DNA of 64,000 nt from Amoebophrya sp. A120 (lineage: Eukaryota; Protista; Dinoflagellata). Positions 1-13,100 of the stretch are shown here, piece by piece. The DNA lies in NCBI GenBank assembly GCA_905178155.1, contig CAJINV010000001.1, forward strand, positions 11,092,311 to 11,156,310, in the 5' to 3' direction. The position numbers were made by a program, and so were the translations under genes. The notes beneath the pieces are model-generated. The model did not search any database and was not told where the DNA came from. It saw only the letters and a program-made list of their open reading frames with translations. Position 1 is the stretch's first letter; each line of letters begins with the position of its first letter.

Positions 1-140
1 GGAATAGGACTCTGCAGCTGCTCACGAGCACGATCGACAAGATTTCCCGGGAAGGGAGGGAGGTAGCGGCCAACTACACTGCGGGCGTTCCGGGCAGTCT
101 TCTCGCGAAGCTGGCCTCCCTCCAGGATGCTTGCTCCGAA

Positions 141-3100
141 GTGCATAAGGAACTTGCCTCGGCTGAAGCATCAGCGGCCGACGGCGGAACATCCGGCGCG
201 TGTCGCCTCGCTCAGGACGGGGAACGGCCACAACAGCGTGATAAAGCCACTGAAACCAATGTTATTGTAGCAGCGCCGCAGGGCGATCGTTTGATGGAGC
301 AGGCGGTGGAAGACGTCGCAGAGGGGTCTTCTGAACGCAAAACGTCAGCCAGCCAAGGAGTTCTTGATGCTAGTTCCTCAGCACAGAGAAAAACCGAGGT
401 AGTCCATGTTGCAACCAAGACGAGAAAAAAGACAACAAATTTTTCAGCTGCTGGAACTGGCGGCCCCGGGACCAAGACGTCACCACAAGTCGCCACAACC
501 AAAATAACTCAAGCGAAAAAGCAAGCGAATGACGGCAGCAGGGGAACAAGTGAAGAGGCAAACGATCGGGCTGTCGCGAGCAGCCACGAAGCTGCAAAAA
601 CTGCAGGCGTACACGAAGATGAACGCGTTCAACAGAGATACGAGGATGCAATTAAAGAGAAAGACACGTCCGCGCGCCCAGCGTTGAAAACAGCTGCGCG
701 CTCTAGTGCAGTCGGCCCGTCCGCCACTTCTGAGGCAAAGCCGGTGCAGCGCGGTGCGGCAGGTAAGACGCGAGCAAAGTCGCCTTTTGCCGGCCCACGG
801 CGGCCACCGACACCGCCGAGATCAGACAATGGAGATTGTCGGGGGAAGAAGGAAGGCTTAAAGATTTCGAGTCCGACGAGTAGAGGCGAGGGAACATCCT
901 TACCTGCGGAGGAGCACAGAGCAGGGGTGGATCGGGATGCGAGGGCAGCGAAACCGGAAATCGCTGCGCAACACCCACAAGGTGCAGGTAGGGCAGACAA
1001 TATCCAAATAGGACGAGGTATCGAAGATAGGCTTTTCTTTTTCTTGAACGCAGGCGAGCCTTTTTTCATCCTGTCAGAGCTGCTAGGAAAGAAGTTTGAA
1101 GTATTGCCAGCCTCCCCTAGTCAATTTTTTTGAGCCCTTCCGAAATTTACAATTTATTGTTCATAGTTTTCCAATAAAAAAATCCCTCACGACGACCTCC
1201 TATATTGGAGTTGCGGCTGCTCCCCGCGTTACATCACATCTACCATCATTGCAACGTGTTCAAATAGGTACAGGGAAATCCAGAAACACTTCCAGAAGCA
1301 AGTCCAGAAGCAAAGCCTCGTCATCGTCGAAAAAAGCTTCGCCCAATTCTCCAACCACACAGACAGGAGCCTCTCGCGTTTCCGAACGCGACCGTAAAAT
1401 GGACGAGCTCGCGCTCGCGGACAATCTGGCTGAGGGAATTGAAAAATCGCAGCAAAATGACCCGCGCGGGCAAAGAACAGCAGTGCCAGTTGCGCACCGC
1501 GTAGAAGCCCTCCCCGCAGGTACAAGCTGTTGATCATACATTGCAGCCTGCTAAATTCTTACCTAGCTGTCTTTATTTTTTCATCTACATTTTGTTTCTT
1601 CTTTCTTTGTCTTTTTGATCTTGACTATGACACATAAATCCTCAACCAACGATGAGAACACTGATCCACTCCAAAGATCCAAAGCACACCTAAACGGGCA
1701 CGAACGTCACTAGTTCAATTCTACTTGAGTGAGAAAGCTAGAGAACCTGAAACAGGCTAAGCCGGGCACAGACGTCACGGCTAGGAATGTGATGGATCCC
1801 GCAGGCCCCAGATTTGCCTGCGCGCATAGTACCATCGACCTTTACTCTTCCAATGAACCCCAGGGCCCTTGATGTCAGTATTGGCACATACACACAAACA
1901 TACCTTTCTGCATATCTGCACCACCTCGAAGAGGTGTTGCGTTTACTCGTAGCGAGTTCTACCTCGTCGTTGGTTAGTTCGCATCTTCACATTGACTGAG
2001 GTGTGCTCTGCTGTGTGTTTTTCTTTAGCGTTACAGCAAGGGTTGTAGCCTGGGTTTCCTCGGAAGAGGATAATGCTAATGCACGGGGACTACGACTACA
2101 ACGACTACCACCTCTATTATCATGCGTGAATAAATGCAAAATCAAAAATCAGATGATACCGACGGCTATCCAGCGAAACTCGAGGTATCTCGCACAGCCC
2201 ACTTTCTATATGGGCTGGTAGAAGGGCGCGGCGCGACAAAGCTTGCCTTTTTAGAATCTCCGGAAGCCCCACAGTATTTCAATGAGGTTGCGCGCCTTTT
2301 CGAAATTAAGCTTCGCGAGAGTGGTCTACCTGCACAATATCCACGGCTCTGCGAATACATGCGGATGCTAGTTGCCGAATACGTGCGCACCGGTGATTCG
2401 TCGATCCAAGTCGTGGGAGGTACTATTGGTCTGAACAATCCCAGTGCGGCAGCATCAGTGGCAGCTTCTTCCGGTAGTTCGGTACTTTTGCCGACGGATA
2501 CAACGTTAAGTGGTGCTGTCGAAGGACCGCGCGGAACTTCTGCCTCGTCGTCATGGAACAACAGACGGAAAGGCGCTGGCGCGGGAGGGGCGAAACACGG
2601 CAAAAGTGGTAAAGGGCAGAAGGACAACCGACGCGGTAGCAGAAGCGGGAGCGACGACCACGACATGGATGCGCTGGACGCGGCGAACCCCGAAAACGTT
2701 GCGCAAAAAATGGTCGAAATCTTGGGAATCGTCGCAAAAGTGCAGACGGGACTGCAAAGAGGTGTGCAATTCCTACGCCCCAGTTTCTACGCGAGGCTCT
2801 TGGCGCGAGAATTTGGAATGTTCGTGACCGAATTCAAGGCGCTCTACGACGAACTGCTGCGTACAACCTTAGCTAGGGGTGGAGCGCCACTGCGCCGCGG
2901 GGCGGCGGAAGCAGGAGACGGAGATCCTGCACAGGGATCATCTTCAAGTGGTCGGGACCACAGCAAGCCGAACAACCGCAAGAGGCACACCAAGACTGGA
3001 GGCACAAGTGGAGCTGCAACTACACCAGGAGCTGTCAGACCCGCCTCAGCTGGTGCTGCGTCCGCAGTTCCTCGTGCTGGGGACACGACCAGAATGCGGT

Positions 3101-6100
3101 TTCCCCGAGTTTGGTCGCGTAGCTTCTGGCGTTCTGTTGCTACACGTGCGCGCGGAGGTGGACGGCGCCAAGCTTTGCGACGCTTCGGGCGAGCGTTTGC
3201 TCAGTCCCGAGGTTTCACTCTCGGCTGCTCCGTCGTGATCGTCCGGTTTTTGTTCGACGCACTCATGGCAATTAACTACTTCATGGTCCTGGAACGGTCA
3301 CTGATTTTGCACAATGTGCCGCCCTCCCTGACGACTCCCTATATCGGCTCCGACGGGCAAATTCACGATCCGGTCAACGGCAACAGAGTCGTGGGTGTGG
3401 AAACCGACGGCGCGCCCCTGACCCACGGAGAAATGATTTGCTCGCATCTGCCGCGGCCCAGCAGTTGCGCAAATATTGTGATGGCGTCGGCAGCACAGCA
3501 GCTGCAGGGCTTGAGCGTGGTCGAGCGCGCGAACTTGTGCAACGACGCACTGTACGACATCGCCCGCTACGAGCAAGCTGCCATGCGTGTGAAGCAGGAG
3601 GCGGAGCGCAACGGACAGGAAGTGGAAACTCTCTTCGACACACCTCACGCAGACCTCGAGGCCAGCGAGCTGGATTCCACGTCTAAACGTTTCTTTTTCC
3701 GCCTGGTAAATTACTTCTACCCCCTGAGGAGCGACGTCATGTACCGTGGGGAAGAAAACGCGCCCAAGTGCACCACGCTGCAGGAATATTTGTCAGCCCA
3801 GCAGAACGCTGTCAAAGAGGCTCTCGGCAACCGCTTCGAACGGCACGTCTCCTGGGACGAACTACAGAAATTGGTATGTTTTTTTTCGTTTAAGTATATC
3901 AAATCATGACAGCCGGAGTTGAGCTCTAAGTAAACCACACTGGCGCGATTTAGCTCGTTGTCGAAGACCCGGTGGAGAATACTTTATCTCCATCTCGTCG
4001 GGATTTTCTTTACAGGAGGCGATGCTTGAGGCTGGAAAAAAATCACGGACGCAGCTCCAGAGGCAAGTGGCGGTTGCTGCAAAGAAGGCGCGCGAGGGCG
4101 AGAAGGGTCTCGGGAACGATGCAGAGTTGTACCAGGCAGCTGCTCTCAAGCGGAAGGCGGAGGAGGTGGATCTGACGAAGAGAAGAAGAAAAGAGGAGGT
4201 CATGAAGAAAAAGATCGAACATGAATGGTCGCGTTTCGCGCTTGGAAAGCGCAGTGGACTGGTGAACGTGGCCACCCGGGGGCGGTATGCGGTCGGTGAC
4301 GAGCGCCTGGGTGACGTAGTCGGTGCGGCGGCCTTGCGTAGTGCCGACGTTATTCTTGAGTGCCAGGGGCCGGATGCGGTCGAGTCTGAGAGTACCAGGG
4401 AAGCAGCTGTATTCCCCATTCTCGGCGCCCTGGCTTCGCCGCACGCCGCGACGATAATGGAGGCCGCTTTGGAGTACTACAAAGCCCACAATATTCGTTT
4501 CGATGGGACGACGGGCACCGAGGATCGGGTAGAAGATGGTCGAGCCAGTGCCTCCAGTGGCGGCTCAGACGGAGCGGAGCGTACTGCAGAGGGCACTTCT
4601 GCTCCACGTGCATCGGCTGACGAACTCACGGGTAACATAGCTGGCATGCCGAAGGGGCTGTCCGAACTCGCATCTAGAATTTTCGAAAATTTCTACTCCG
4701 ACGATTTCGTGTCCGCAATTTCCAGCACCCTGGCTCAACAAGACCAGGCCCGGGAACGCAACCAGTCTTTTGCGGTCATCGCGACACGGGAAATACTACG
4801 GGCGACCCAGGCCCCCGCGTTAGCGCAGGCGGCCGCGGATGCCGGGGCCGCACGGCAGGCAGCTTCCGCGTATTCGCCGCAGACAAACCTAGAAGTGTCG
4901 AGCCCAGCAACGCTATTTCGCGTGAAGAAATCTTCTTGCAAGCTTGTCTACAAGGACTCCAAAACCGGTCTGCTCTCTGGCAGCGATGTACAAACTAAAT
5001 GCAGGATATTTTGATTGTTTGCCTGTAAAAAAAATGCGCTAAGTAGTTACGTTTTTGTACGTTGCAGCTTCTGAATCTGAAACAAACTCAGCCCGGTAAG
5101 GACAGAGAAAAGTTTTACTGGAAGACTGTGCCATTGCCAGCTCTCTTTCTGGGAAAAAAAAATGTTGACGCAGACAAAAACTTCGCACCGCCAACAGGTT
5201 TTGACCGATACGGGGATTTTTCCGGGCAGAAATAGCCAGAGAGCAGACGAAGGCATCGAGCGAGCAGCAGCGTCTGCGGAGTTTTTGGAACGCACAAAAA
5301 ATTTGCGGGCCTCGCTTGATGCGGTCTCCTTTGTGGACCTTCGAGAAAAAGTATGAGGGAGAAGGAACACGTATGCCCCTGCCCCGAAAATCAAACACAA
5401 ACTCAAACATACAATTCTGCGCGCCATACACATCCTAGTGCACTCAAACGTAGGACGAGTAAAAAAAAGGCTAAAAAGTTTTTACAAGACGGGCACGGGC
5501 CCACATAAACAGCGGTTTTGAACAGTTGTATGGATGTATTTGTGCGTCTGTTGCTGTTGTATCATGCAATCATTGCACGACATCATCAACATGCATCGTT
5601 TTTTATGTTTCTACAGCAGGGTCCATGTAAATCTAAATGGTCACGCCTACGACAGCACGAGTACCAAAGAAAAAGAGATACGACGGCACGACGAGGTGGG
5701 CGGCTTCACGTTTTGCATGGCATACAAGCTTAAGCACAAAGACTTCCTAGAACCTCTACCGCGGTTCGAACTGCAGGCTCTGATCTCGCGGCACGGGCAG
5801 ATGCTCCGTGAGAAAGCACTGGAAGTGTACCGCGCGGAAGTTCCCGAGGCCGAACGCATCTCGCAGCAAGCCGAGGCACTGAAGGCACTCGCGGCCGGAA
5901 ATTCGCCAGACGAGATGATACAGATGGACCTGCCCGAGGCAGCTAGTACGAAGCACGGGGGGGCGCTTGATCTGGGAACCCTCTTGGAGCAAGATCCGAA
6001 GACGAGGGCGGATATTGAGGGAGCAGTGGCGATGCGCCACATGGTGCGCTTAGTGATAGAGAGCGGGGGAAACCCGGAGGTTCTATTCTTTACCTGGAAA

Positions 6101-8373
6101 ACGGCGTCCAAGCGCGATGCGGACGTTTTTCGCGACTTTACGTGGATGGCAGTGGAGGGCAAGGACCCTCTTCGTGTAAAGATGAAAGTCGATGGAGGAG
6201 GTGGACCGGCCTCAGTGCCTAGAAATAAAAACAAAAGAGGCACCAGTGCTGGTGCAGGAGGCGCACAGAAAGGTCCTCTTTCAGATCCACCGCGCCCTGC
6301 ATTCTCATGGACGGGGAACCTTGGAACAAACGTGCCCCGTGCTGCGATCGGGGAAGTCATCCAAAAGCATTTGGATAGAAACGCGGACGCCGTGCTGGCA
6401 GAGGAGGTACGCCCGCGAGAACTACAGCAGCTACGAGCGGGAAAGGAGGCAGAGCTGGCGCCTCGCGACGAAACAAGGCCTGTGGAGGAAAGCATGCTTG
6501 TCCCGCGCTCCGTCGGTGACCCAGCGATGTTCCGAAAAAGCCTTCTAGACCACGAGGACGTTCATATTGACGACACTGATGGTGCACCCGTTATACTGCC
6601 ACGTACGTCGACCAGCGAGGGGGCTAGAGAGAACGAAGCCGTCAAAGACGGAAACGAAACTTCAGGAGAACTCCAGCAGGAGAAAACAGGAGATGTTGAC
6701 CTGCTCGAGAGCCAAAGTGCCGGTAACGGGGCCAGCGCAACTTATAGCTGGCTTCACGACGCCCACGCCGGGCCGCCTTGGCCTTCAAGTTCGACGTCTA
6801 CGTCATTGTTGCCGAGCAGCGGCCTCCGATCTCTTGCAGACAGCAATCTTCTCGACAAAAGTGGGGGTGCTAGTTCGTTCTCCTCGACGAGGGACGAACG
6901 TGAAGTGGACCCACCAGGAGCTCCTGCTTCAGCAAAAAATGCAGCTTCTGGAAATGATGTTTATTCTCCAAGCCTGGCGGATAGAACCTCAAACTCCGCT
7001 CGTCAACATCTGGGTATTGAGAAGCGGATGGAAATACTAGACTCTGCTGCTGGGGCGCCGCGGCGACACCCTTCGGGGCTAGAGCGGTCCAAGACGTGGC
7101 AACCGCTGCCGGAGCTGCAGTACGTCGGCACAGACCCCGCCAAGCTCGACCCGCGCCTTCCTTTTCCCGAGAAAGTGAGGGAGGTTGCCGGCCCCATTCT
7201 TGACCAGTTTGCTGACCATTTTCGCCAACACGGGTCGCGAAGTGAGAAAGTGCACGCCATGAAGCTGCACCGTGTGGAGAAGACGCTGCGCAACGACCCC
7301 GTTGACGGGAGCTCTACTTCCGGCGCCAGCGCCATTACTCCGGAGGTCGAGGAGAAGCTGCGGGACGAGAGCCGTCGGAGCCCGTTGCCTATGTTCATGA
7401 TGTGTGAACTGGGCGAGGCGGAGTGCCAGAGTACGATCGCCGCCTGCGCGCGGAACATCCTCGGGCATGGAAAGACGGCCAAGATCAACTTCGCGTCGTT
7501 CACAATTCCCCCAGAGATCCTATGGCAATCTCAATCATTGACATTACATTGGTCGCTGTTCTTGCATGAGTTCTGCTTGGTTTGTCATGCAGAACCTCCA
7601 GCGGCAGCAGCACCGCCCACCGGCAGCAGCACGTGCATCTGCATGATCAAACAGACTCACATGACAAGCTTGGGACGCACTGCATAAATAGCATCAAAAT
7701 ATATTCGTTGTTGCAGAGTTCGATTTGTATATGCAAGGAGCAATGCGCAGAGCTCGAGCTTCGCCTGTATTTGTTTTCGCGATTGTCATGCAGTACAAAT
7801 CAGGCAGAGGCATCATAGTGGATGTAACAGCGATCAGTAGGACGTTTGAGAACGTCATAGACCGCGCAAAAGTACACATTTCCCTTTCACAAGAACGACA
7901 AGTTGAGCGACGAAGGCGTGGCGGCCACCTCATCTGCCGTCGCGGAGTTCCGGTTCGCGCTCGCGCGCGAAATGCTTGGCGTCCTGATGCGGCAGTACGT
8001 GCCCGCGAGCCAACGATTTTTGCTGCAGCTGGCAGACAGCGAACCGAACGAGATCAAGTCCGAACGTCTTCTGCCTTTCTTTACCAAGGGGTTCGACGGT
8101 GCGCACTGGTACCGGCTGGAGGGGCGTCGCTTGGCTCGGTCCGCGATTTCGCCGACCGGGTGGGTACCCGGAGGACTGTTGCGCGATGCGCTGAGCACAC
8201 CCTGGGAAGCCCACTTGCAGGACCCCAACGTAGCAAATAGTAACTACGCGGTTGATGTAGACAAACTCGGGGAGCCACCTGCGAGGCAATATTTCGTTCT
8301 CGCCGGCCTGTTGGAGCAAATTATCTCCAGCGGAGCGACCGACATTACTGTGGCGCTACTGGAAGAGGCATAA
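141..8373 (+). CDS. Large multi-exon protein of unknown function (5' end probably upstream of the window; 3' end uncertain, ~8.4-8.5 kb)
   Basis: Successive + ORFs (141, 1096, 2134, 4022, 5162, 5534, 7903). Introns 988-1267 and 3874-4015 (both GT-AG) join neighbouring ORFs in frame. Other joins are less certain. No domain recognised. Confidence 0.6.
988..1267 (+). other. GT-AG intron with AGGTA direct repeat at both junctions and an imperfect internal inverted repeat
   Basis: CAG|GTAG...AATAG|GTAC; removal fuses ORF 141 to ORF 1096 in frame. TCCAAATAGGACGAGGT (~1003) is imperfectly complementary to ACCTCCTATATTGGA (~1195-1209). Confidence 0.75.
1520..1804 (+). other. GT-AG intron flanked by CCCGCAGG direct repeats
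   Basis: CCCGCAG|GTAC...CCCGCAG|GCC; the intron is T-rich; the frame stays open for about 20 codons after the join. Confidence 0.55.
3874..4015 (+). other. GT-AG intron
   Basis: TTG|GTATG...TTTCTTTACAG|GAG; phase 0; joins ORF 2134 to ORF 4022. Confidence 0.85.
4980..5067 (+). other. Probable GC-AG intron with terminal stem
   Basis: GCAGC direct repeats at 4980 and 5064. GATGTACAAA (4985-4994) pairs fully with TTTGTACGTT (5054-5063) if two G-U pairs are allowed. The join gives LLS-ASESETNSAR. Confidence 0.5.
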
Positions 8374-10102
8374 GCTTAAGCGGAATGCTGGCGGCGTCGG
8401 CAAGTTGCGGGAAAGTTCGTTTTTAGACGGTCAGAGTCCACCGTCGAGAAGGAGGACAAGAGATGATTATAGAATAATGCTCTCAACACCGTCACCGCTC
8501 AATCTTTAGTATATGCACTACAACAACACTTCATCTTCACTTCAAGACTCAATTTTTCGTATCAGTTTGACAGACATTTTTGCACCCACATCTTTTTTCG
8601 GAAAATTTTCCTCGACGACAGGATCAGGAATAGAATACAGGTTTTTGTTTGACATTGACTTTCGGCCACCACAACCAAGGAGTGACTGGCCGTTTTCTAC
8701 TATTAGGGCAAGAGGCCGGCAAGGGCTCCTATTGGTTTATTTCGCAGACTCCGATTTGTACCATTCGAATTCCTCGAATGTGAAGGGTGGTTTTCATTTC
8801 CTACGTTTAAGAAAAACTTCACAGAATCCGAGAGCGAGAGCATCTACGTGCGTAGCCAACCTGGTTGTAGTGGTAGAAGCAGTACAGGTACACGAGGAAT
8901 CTTCATCATTCGTCATCTCCAAAACGCGATGGCGGACAAGGGCAATAGGACGAAATGCAAAGCTTCATGTCGGCCGCAACCGTGCTGGTATACTAGGCGA
9001 TGACCCCGTAGTTCGAAGCCTAGGTCTTGCAGTTTTAAGAGCCAATTTTCTTTGTCTCGACAATCACCAGCAAATGGCAAAGCATGTAGTGTGTGTCTAC
9101 GTGCGCCCTCGTGAGAAAGTAGAAGGATAATTCTCGTTTAGTAGTGCACGAGTTTGTCGAATCCTTTTATAGGCCTGCAATACTGAGGATTTCAAATAAA
9201 CTAGAGCTACGCAGTTTCACCAACGAATCTGCTATCGTTTCTTTCGGTTGAGAATATATAAACGCTGTGATAATTGCGAAAGCGAAAAGACCACGCCGCA
9301 AAAACTCATACATTCATCAATTGAGAAACAAACAAAACGACCAGCAGGCGTATCGACCTTCTTTGACCGACGGAAAGGTGCGGCAAGTGTTTTTTGAGAG
9401 CCATGATAGGGAGATTTCTCCAAGAGTCAAAATTCACTCACTTAATTCACTGTTCATAGTATGTAAGTAGTGTCCGAACTGTGTACCGCTAGCGGACGCA
9501 ACATTGTCATGCTTTGCTCACGTGACTGATGCATGAGTTGGTTGGAATGAAGGAAAACATCATGGAACTGCAAATATTAGCACAATAAGGAGCGGTCAAA
9601 GTGAGGAGGACCCACATAAGGCGGGCTCTCCGCGGGGGGTGCGCAGTCTACAATTCTTGTGTCTTTGATTTTATTGCAACATGCACATGCTTTCTCCATC
9701 TCCTGAGAAGCGGCACTGGCACTCCAACAATGAGGGAAAAAGGTAAGCTGTCTGAGAGGTAGTTTCGATGTTGAGAGGTGTTGTTCATGATGTGAAAAAA
9801 TGACCAAAGAGCAATTTTTATAGTAATTGCAGATAAGAATAAGACGACTACGACAGGAGTACTTAAATACAGTGCTCTTTTATTTCCTTCAGTCGGTACT
9901 ACTTCTACTTACAGCATAGTACGAGAATGGAGCCAGTAGCAGACAGATTTTCAAAAAGCGCATACGCATACGGTATTAAAATAAACCGGGGCGCTCCGCG
10001 AGAAAACTTTGCTAGCGTTCGTTCGTGACAAGCGTGAGTCCAACCACCGTGGGGAGCGTCGTTGCGTCTCGGTGCAGCGACGCGCGCGCGCTGGGCGAGC
10101 GG

Positions 10103-13100
10103 ATGCGAATATCTCCCCGGCCGCGACGAATGTGGCTGCGCGACTTGCTAGTCGCGTTTATTGGGGCCGGTTTTTTGTTTTACGATCCTGCGTTGTCGAA
10201 GAAGCTTCTCGGCCACGACGATGAGTCAACACGGGACGGTGTAGAGGTTCTGACTGACAAGTACCCGAACGACGGGTCGAAAAATGAAAAGATTCTTGTT
10301 CCAGTATCCTTTTCAAAAGTATCGTATTCGTATTGCAAATAATGCATTACAAATCTTTTCATGATGTCAAATCCGCATTACAAATTTTATTTCTCATGCT
10401 GAGGAAATTTGTAATGCATTTATACGAGTACAATCCATATCGATATCCAGACGACACATTTATACTTTTGCAATCCATATCCAGACGACACAGACGATAA
10501 GCAGCTGCCCAGCGATGCGGAAGGTGGTGGGACCAAGGGGGCAAGAACGGCCGAACTACGAAGCGCAGAAGACTACTACAAGGAGTTTTTCCCGGGTGCA
10601 TACGAATCGGAACAATCTTCTTCGACGACTTCAGATGGCGAGGAGGATGTGCAGGATGAAGCATCAGAGGACGAGGACCCGGGAGGTGGCGAGGACACGA
10701 CGGGGGAGCAGGAGCACCTCCCCCTTTATGGTGCTGAGGACTTGCTGCGGCGGTCAGCACGCAACAGCACCAGTCAAAGCGGCCCTGTCGTGGTCGGCAA
10801 CAAGACCTCGTACCCCTACACAGAGGGACAAACGTGCGAGGACGGCAAGTCGTTTGTGGTGGAAGGGATGACGACGAGCTGGATCGGGCACGAGGCCAAG
10901 CCGCGCTTTTTGAAAACGCGCTGGTGGAGCCCCAAAATCGACGCGGACCCGGGTGGCTACGTGTACGCCGACACAACCGCGGTAATGCCCACGGCGGGAC
11001 GACTGAAGAAGTGGCGATTTCTGCCGGGCGCCACCGTGTCCGGGCCGACCCCGGCTACGTCGGCCAAACCCGCCTTGCGGCTCATGGTGAGACTGTTTGC
11101 AGTTTAGCTTTCATATGCAGAAGTTTCCTTTGCTGCTCTTTCGGTTTGGTTTTCATCTGCGAGATGAAAGCTGCTCGATATTTCTGATATACGCCAACAA
11201 GAAGAATCTGAATCTGAAATGGTTGCGGTGGTAGAGAAGACGATCAGAAGTTCACCGCTTATCGGTGCTCACTGCCCACCAGGTCTGGCGGCCAAGCGTT
11301 GGCAAGCCGGGTACGATGCCGGCCGCGAAGCAGCAGGCACTGTTCAACATGGAACTGGTGTGCGCTACCATTGCCACGTGGAAGCCACCCGCCGCAAGCA
11401 GCAAGCGGGGCGAGGTGGTCGAATGGGAGTATGAGAGCGTACAACTCAGACTCCACTCCTTCGGCCGAAGCGCAGGGACTGCAAAACTGCAGCATTTATT
11501 GCACAACAGACACAGAGCGATCATTCTGCAGGCACTGCAGTGCTGAGCTGATTTGGCTTTTACTAGGGTAGACTTTTCATGCAAAAACCTACGAGAATAC
11601 CGTAACAGTACTACTAGAACCAAAAAGAGGAAGGCCACTGCGGCGCTGCGGGTTCGTATTTTGATAAATTGACTTATGCTGTTGTAACTGTAAGTAGTTA
11701 TTGCGGGGTGGAAATTAGAGGAGGAGAGTTGTCCACTGTCATGCGGAGCACCCGAAGGACATAGAGTGCGAGGTGCGAAAGGGGGACTTGCTCGGCTGGG
11801 AAACGAGCCGGGGGAACCAGCGAGGCGGCGGCTCTTCTGCAATAGCTCCAGCCGTCCTGCAGTACGATGAAGCCAACATAGACAGCGCCGTGCGATACTT
11901 CGATCCGTCTCGCTTCGAAAAAGCAGGCGTGTCCACACCATCAAATGTCTATGCAATGGCCGTGGACAACACCGACAGCAGTTCCACCGCTTCTGGCAAG
12001 AAGAAAAATAATCCGGGCGCGTCTACTACTGCGAAGGCTTCGGCCCCGCCTGCCTTCATCAACGCTTTGCAAGTGGGCGTGGAACAGGAGTTCTCCAGTG
12101 GCGGGCTATCCCGGTTCTATTCCCTGGAGGCTCTGGTGGAACATCCGGACGGATCGTGTCGCGACAATGTCTGTGTTTGCGCCAACGGCATTGGCGTCGT
12201 CGGTGGTGTATGCATTGCAAAAGTGTCGTACTCTTGTTGTTAGTAGGGTAAATCTGCACTACATAGTAGAGAGACCTATAGTACTGACAGCGACTTGGCT
12301 CAAAGCTGTTGTAAAAGCTGGGCGAAAGCTATAGGGACCGACTTTTTTCGTGAATCTGCATGCTAGTGCAACCAGGACTTGGCCCAAAGTTGGGCAAAAG
12401 TTGGCTCAAAGCTCTAGACCTAAGCACTTTTTTGCTTCTATTTTCTTCTGAAGCGCGACACTATTGCAACAAACTTGTGTGATATGACCTCTAGACGTTT
12501 GCAGACAGTGAATTCTAAATCAGCATGGTGTGAGTGGGACAAGTTGGCTCAAAGTTGGGCCGAAGCTCTAGAGCTTTTTTTACAAAATGGCCCCAAAAAA
12601 GCTAGACGAATCAACTTCCCAGGCTTCCTATGAGGAAGAGGGGCGCCACGGGCCCAATAGCTTCATGCCAGTTGAGCTCTTCTGCAGTTCAATAACGACT
12701 GCGAAACTCCCCGTTGTAGCTACTTCTCCGGGCGGACTTTTTCTTTTTTATTTGTTTTAGTTTTGCCCGGGCGGCCGGCTGCGTAAAATAAAAACCTGGC
12801 CAGAAGAACGAACCGAAAAACAGAAACTCGCGCGCCCCCACTGCTTATACATTTCAAGCCCAGACGCGCCGCCGCTCCGGGCCAACGATCTGGACGCAAG
12901 AAAGCGTCGCCCCGGTCCCGCAAGCGAGCCGGGGCGCCGCCCTGCCCGGCCATCTTCTCTCTGGCTGCCTGGGGCCGGGGGCCCGGCTGCAACCGGAAAC
13001 AGAAAAGACAAGCCCCGGGCCCGGGGCGCGCCGCCTCCAAATGGTATGCGCATCGCCCCGGACCGTTTCCACTGATTGGCCAAGCACCCCGGCAAGAAGG

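Noticed and set aside
4984-5095. TGA read-through or a variant genetic code
   Set aside because: A GC-AG intron with a different frame avoids the stops, and TGA terminates other genes in the window.
8513-9130. 205-aa ORF as a separate gene
   Set aside because: No motif and UTR-like composition; probably 3' UTR or intergenic sequence.
12295-12554. Relict dinoflagellate spliced leader (TTGGCTCAA at 12295, 12401 and 12544)
   Set aside because: Only 9 nt match the leader end TTTTGGCTCAAG, with an extra A and no CCGTAGCCA. The copies are part of a local repeat with variants (TTGGCCCAAAG) inside an intron.
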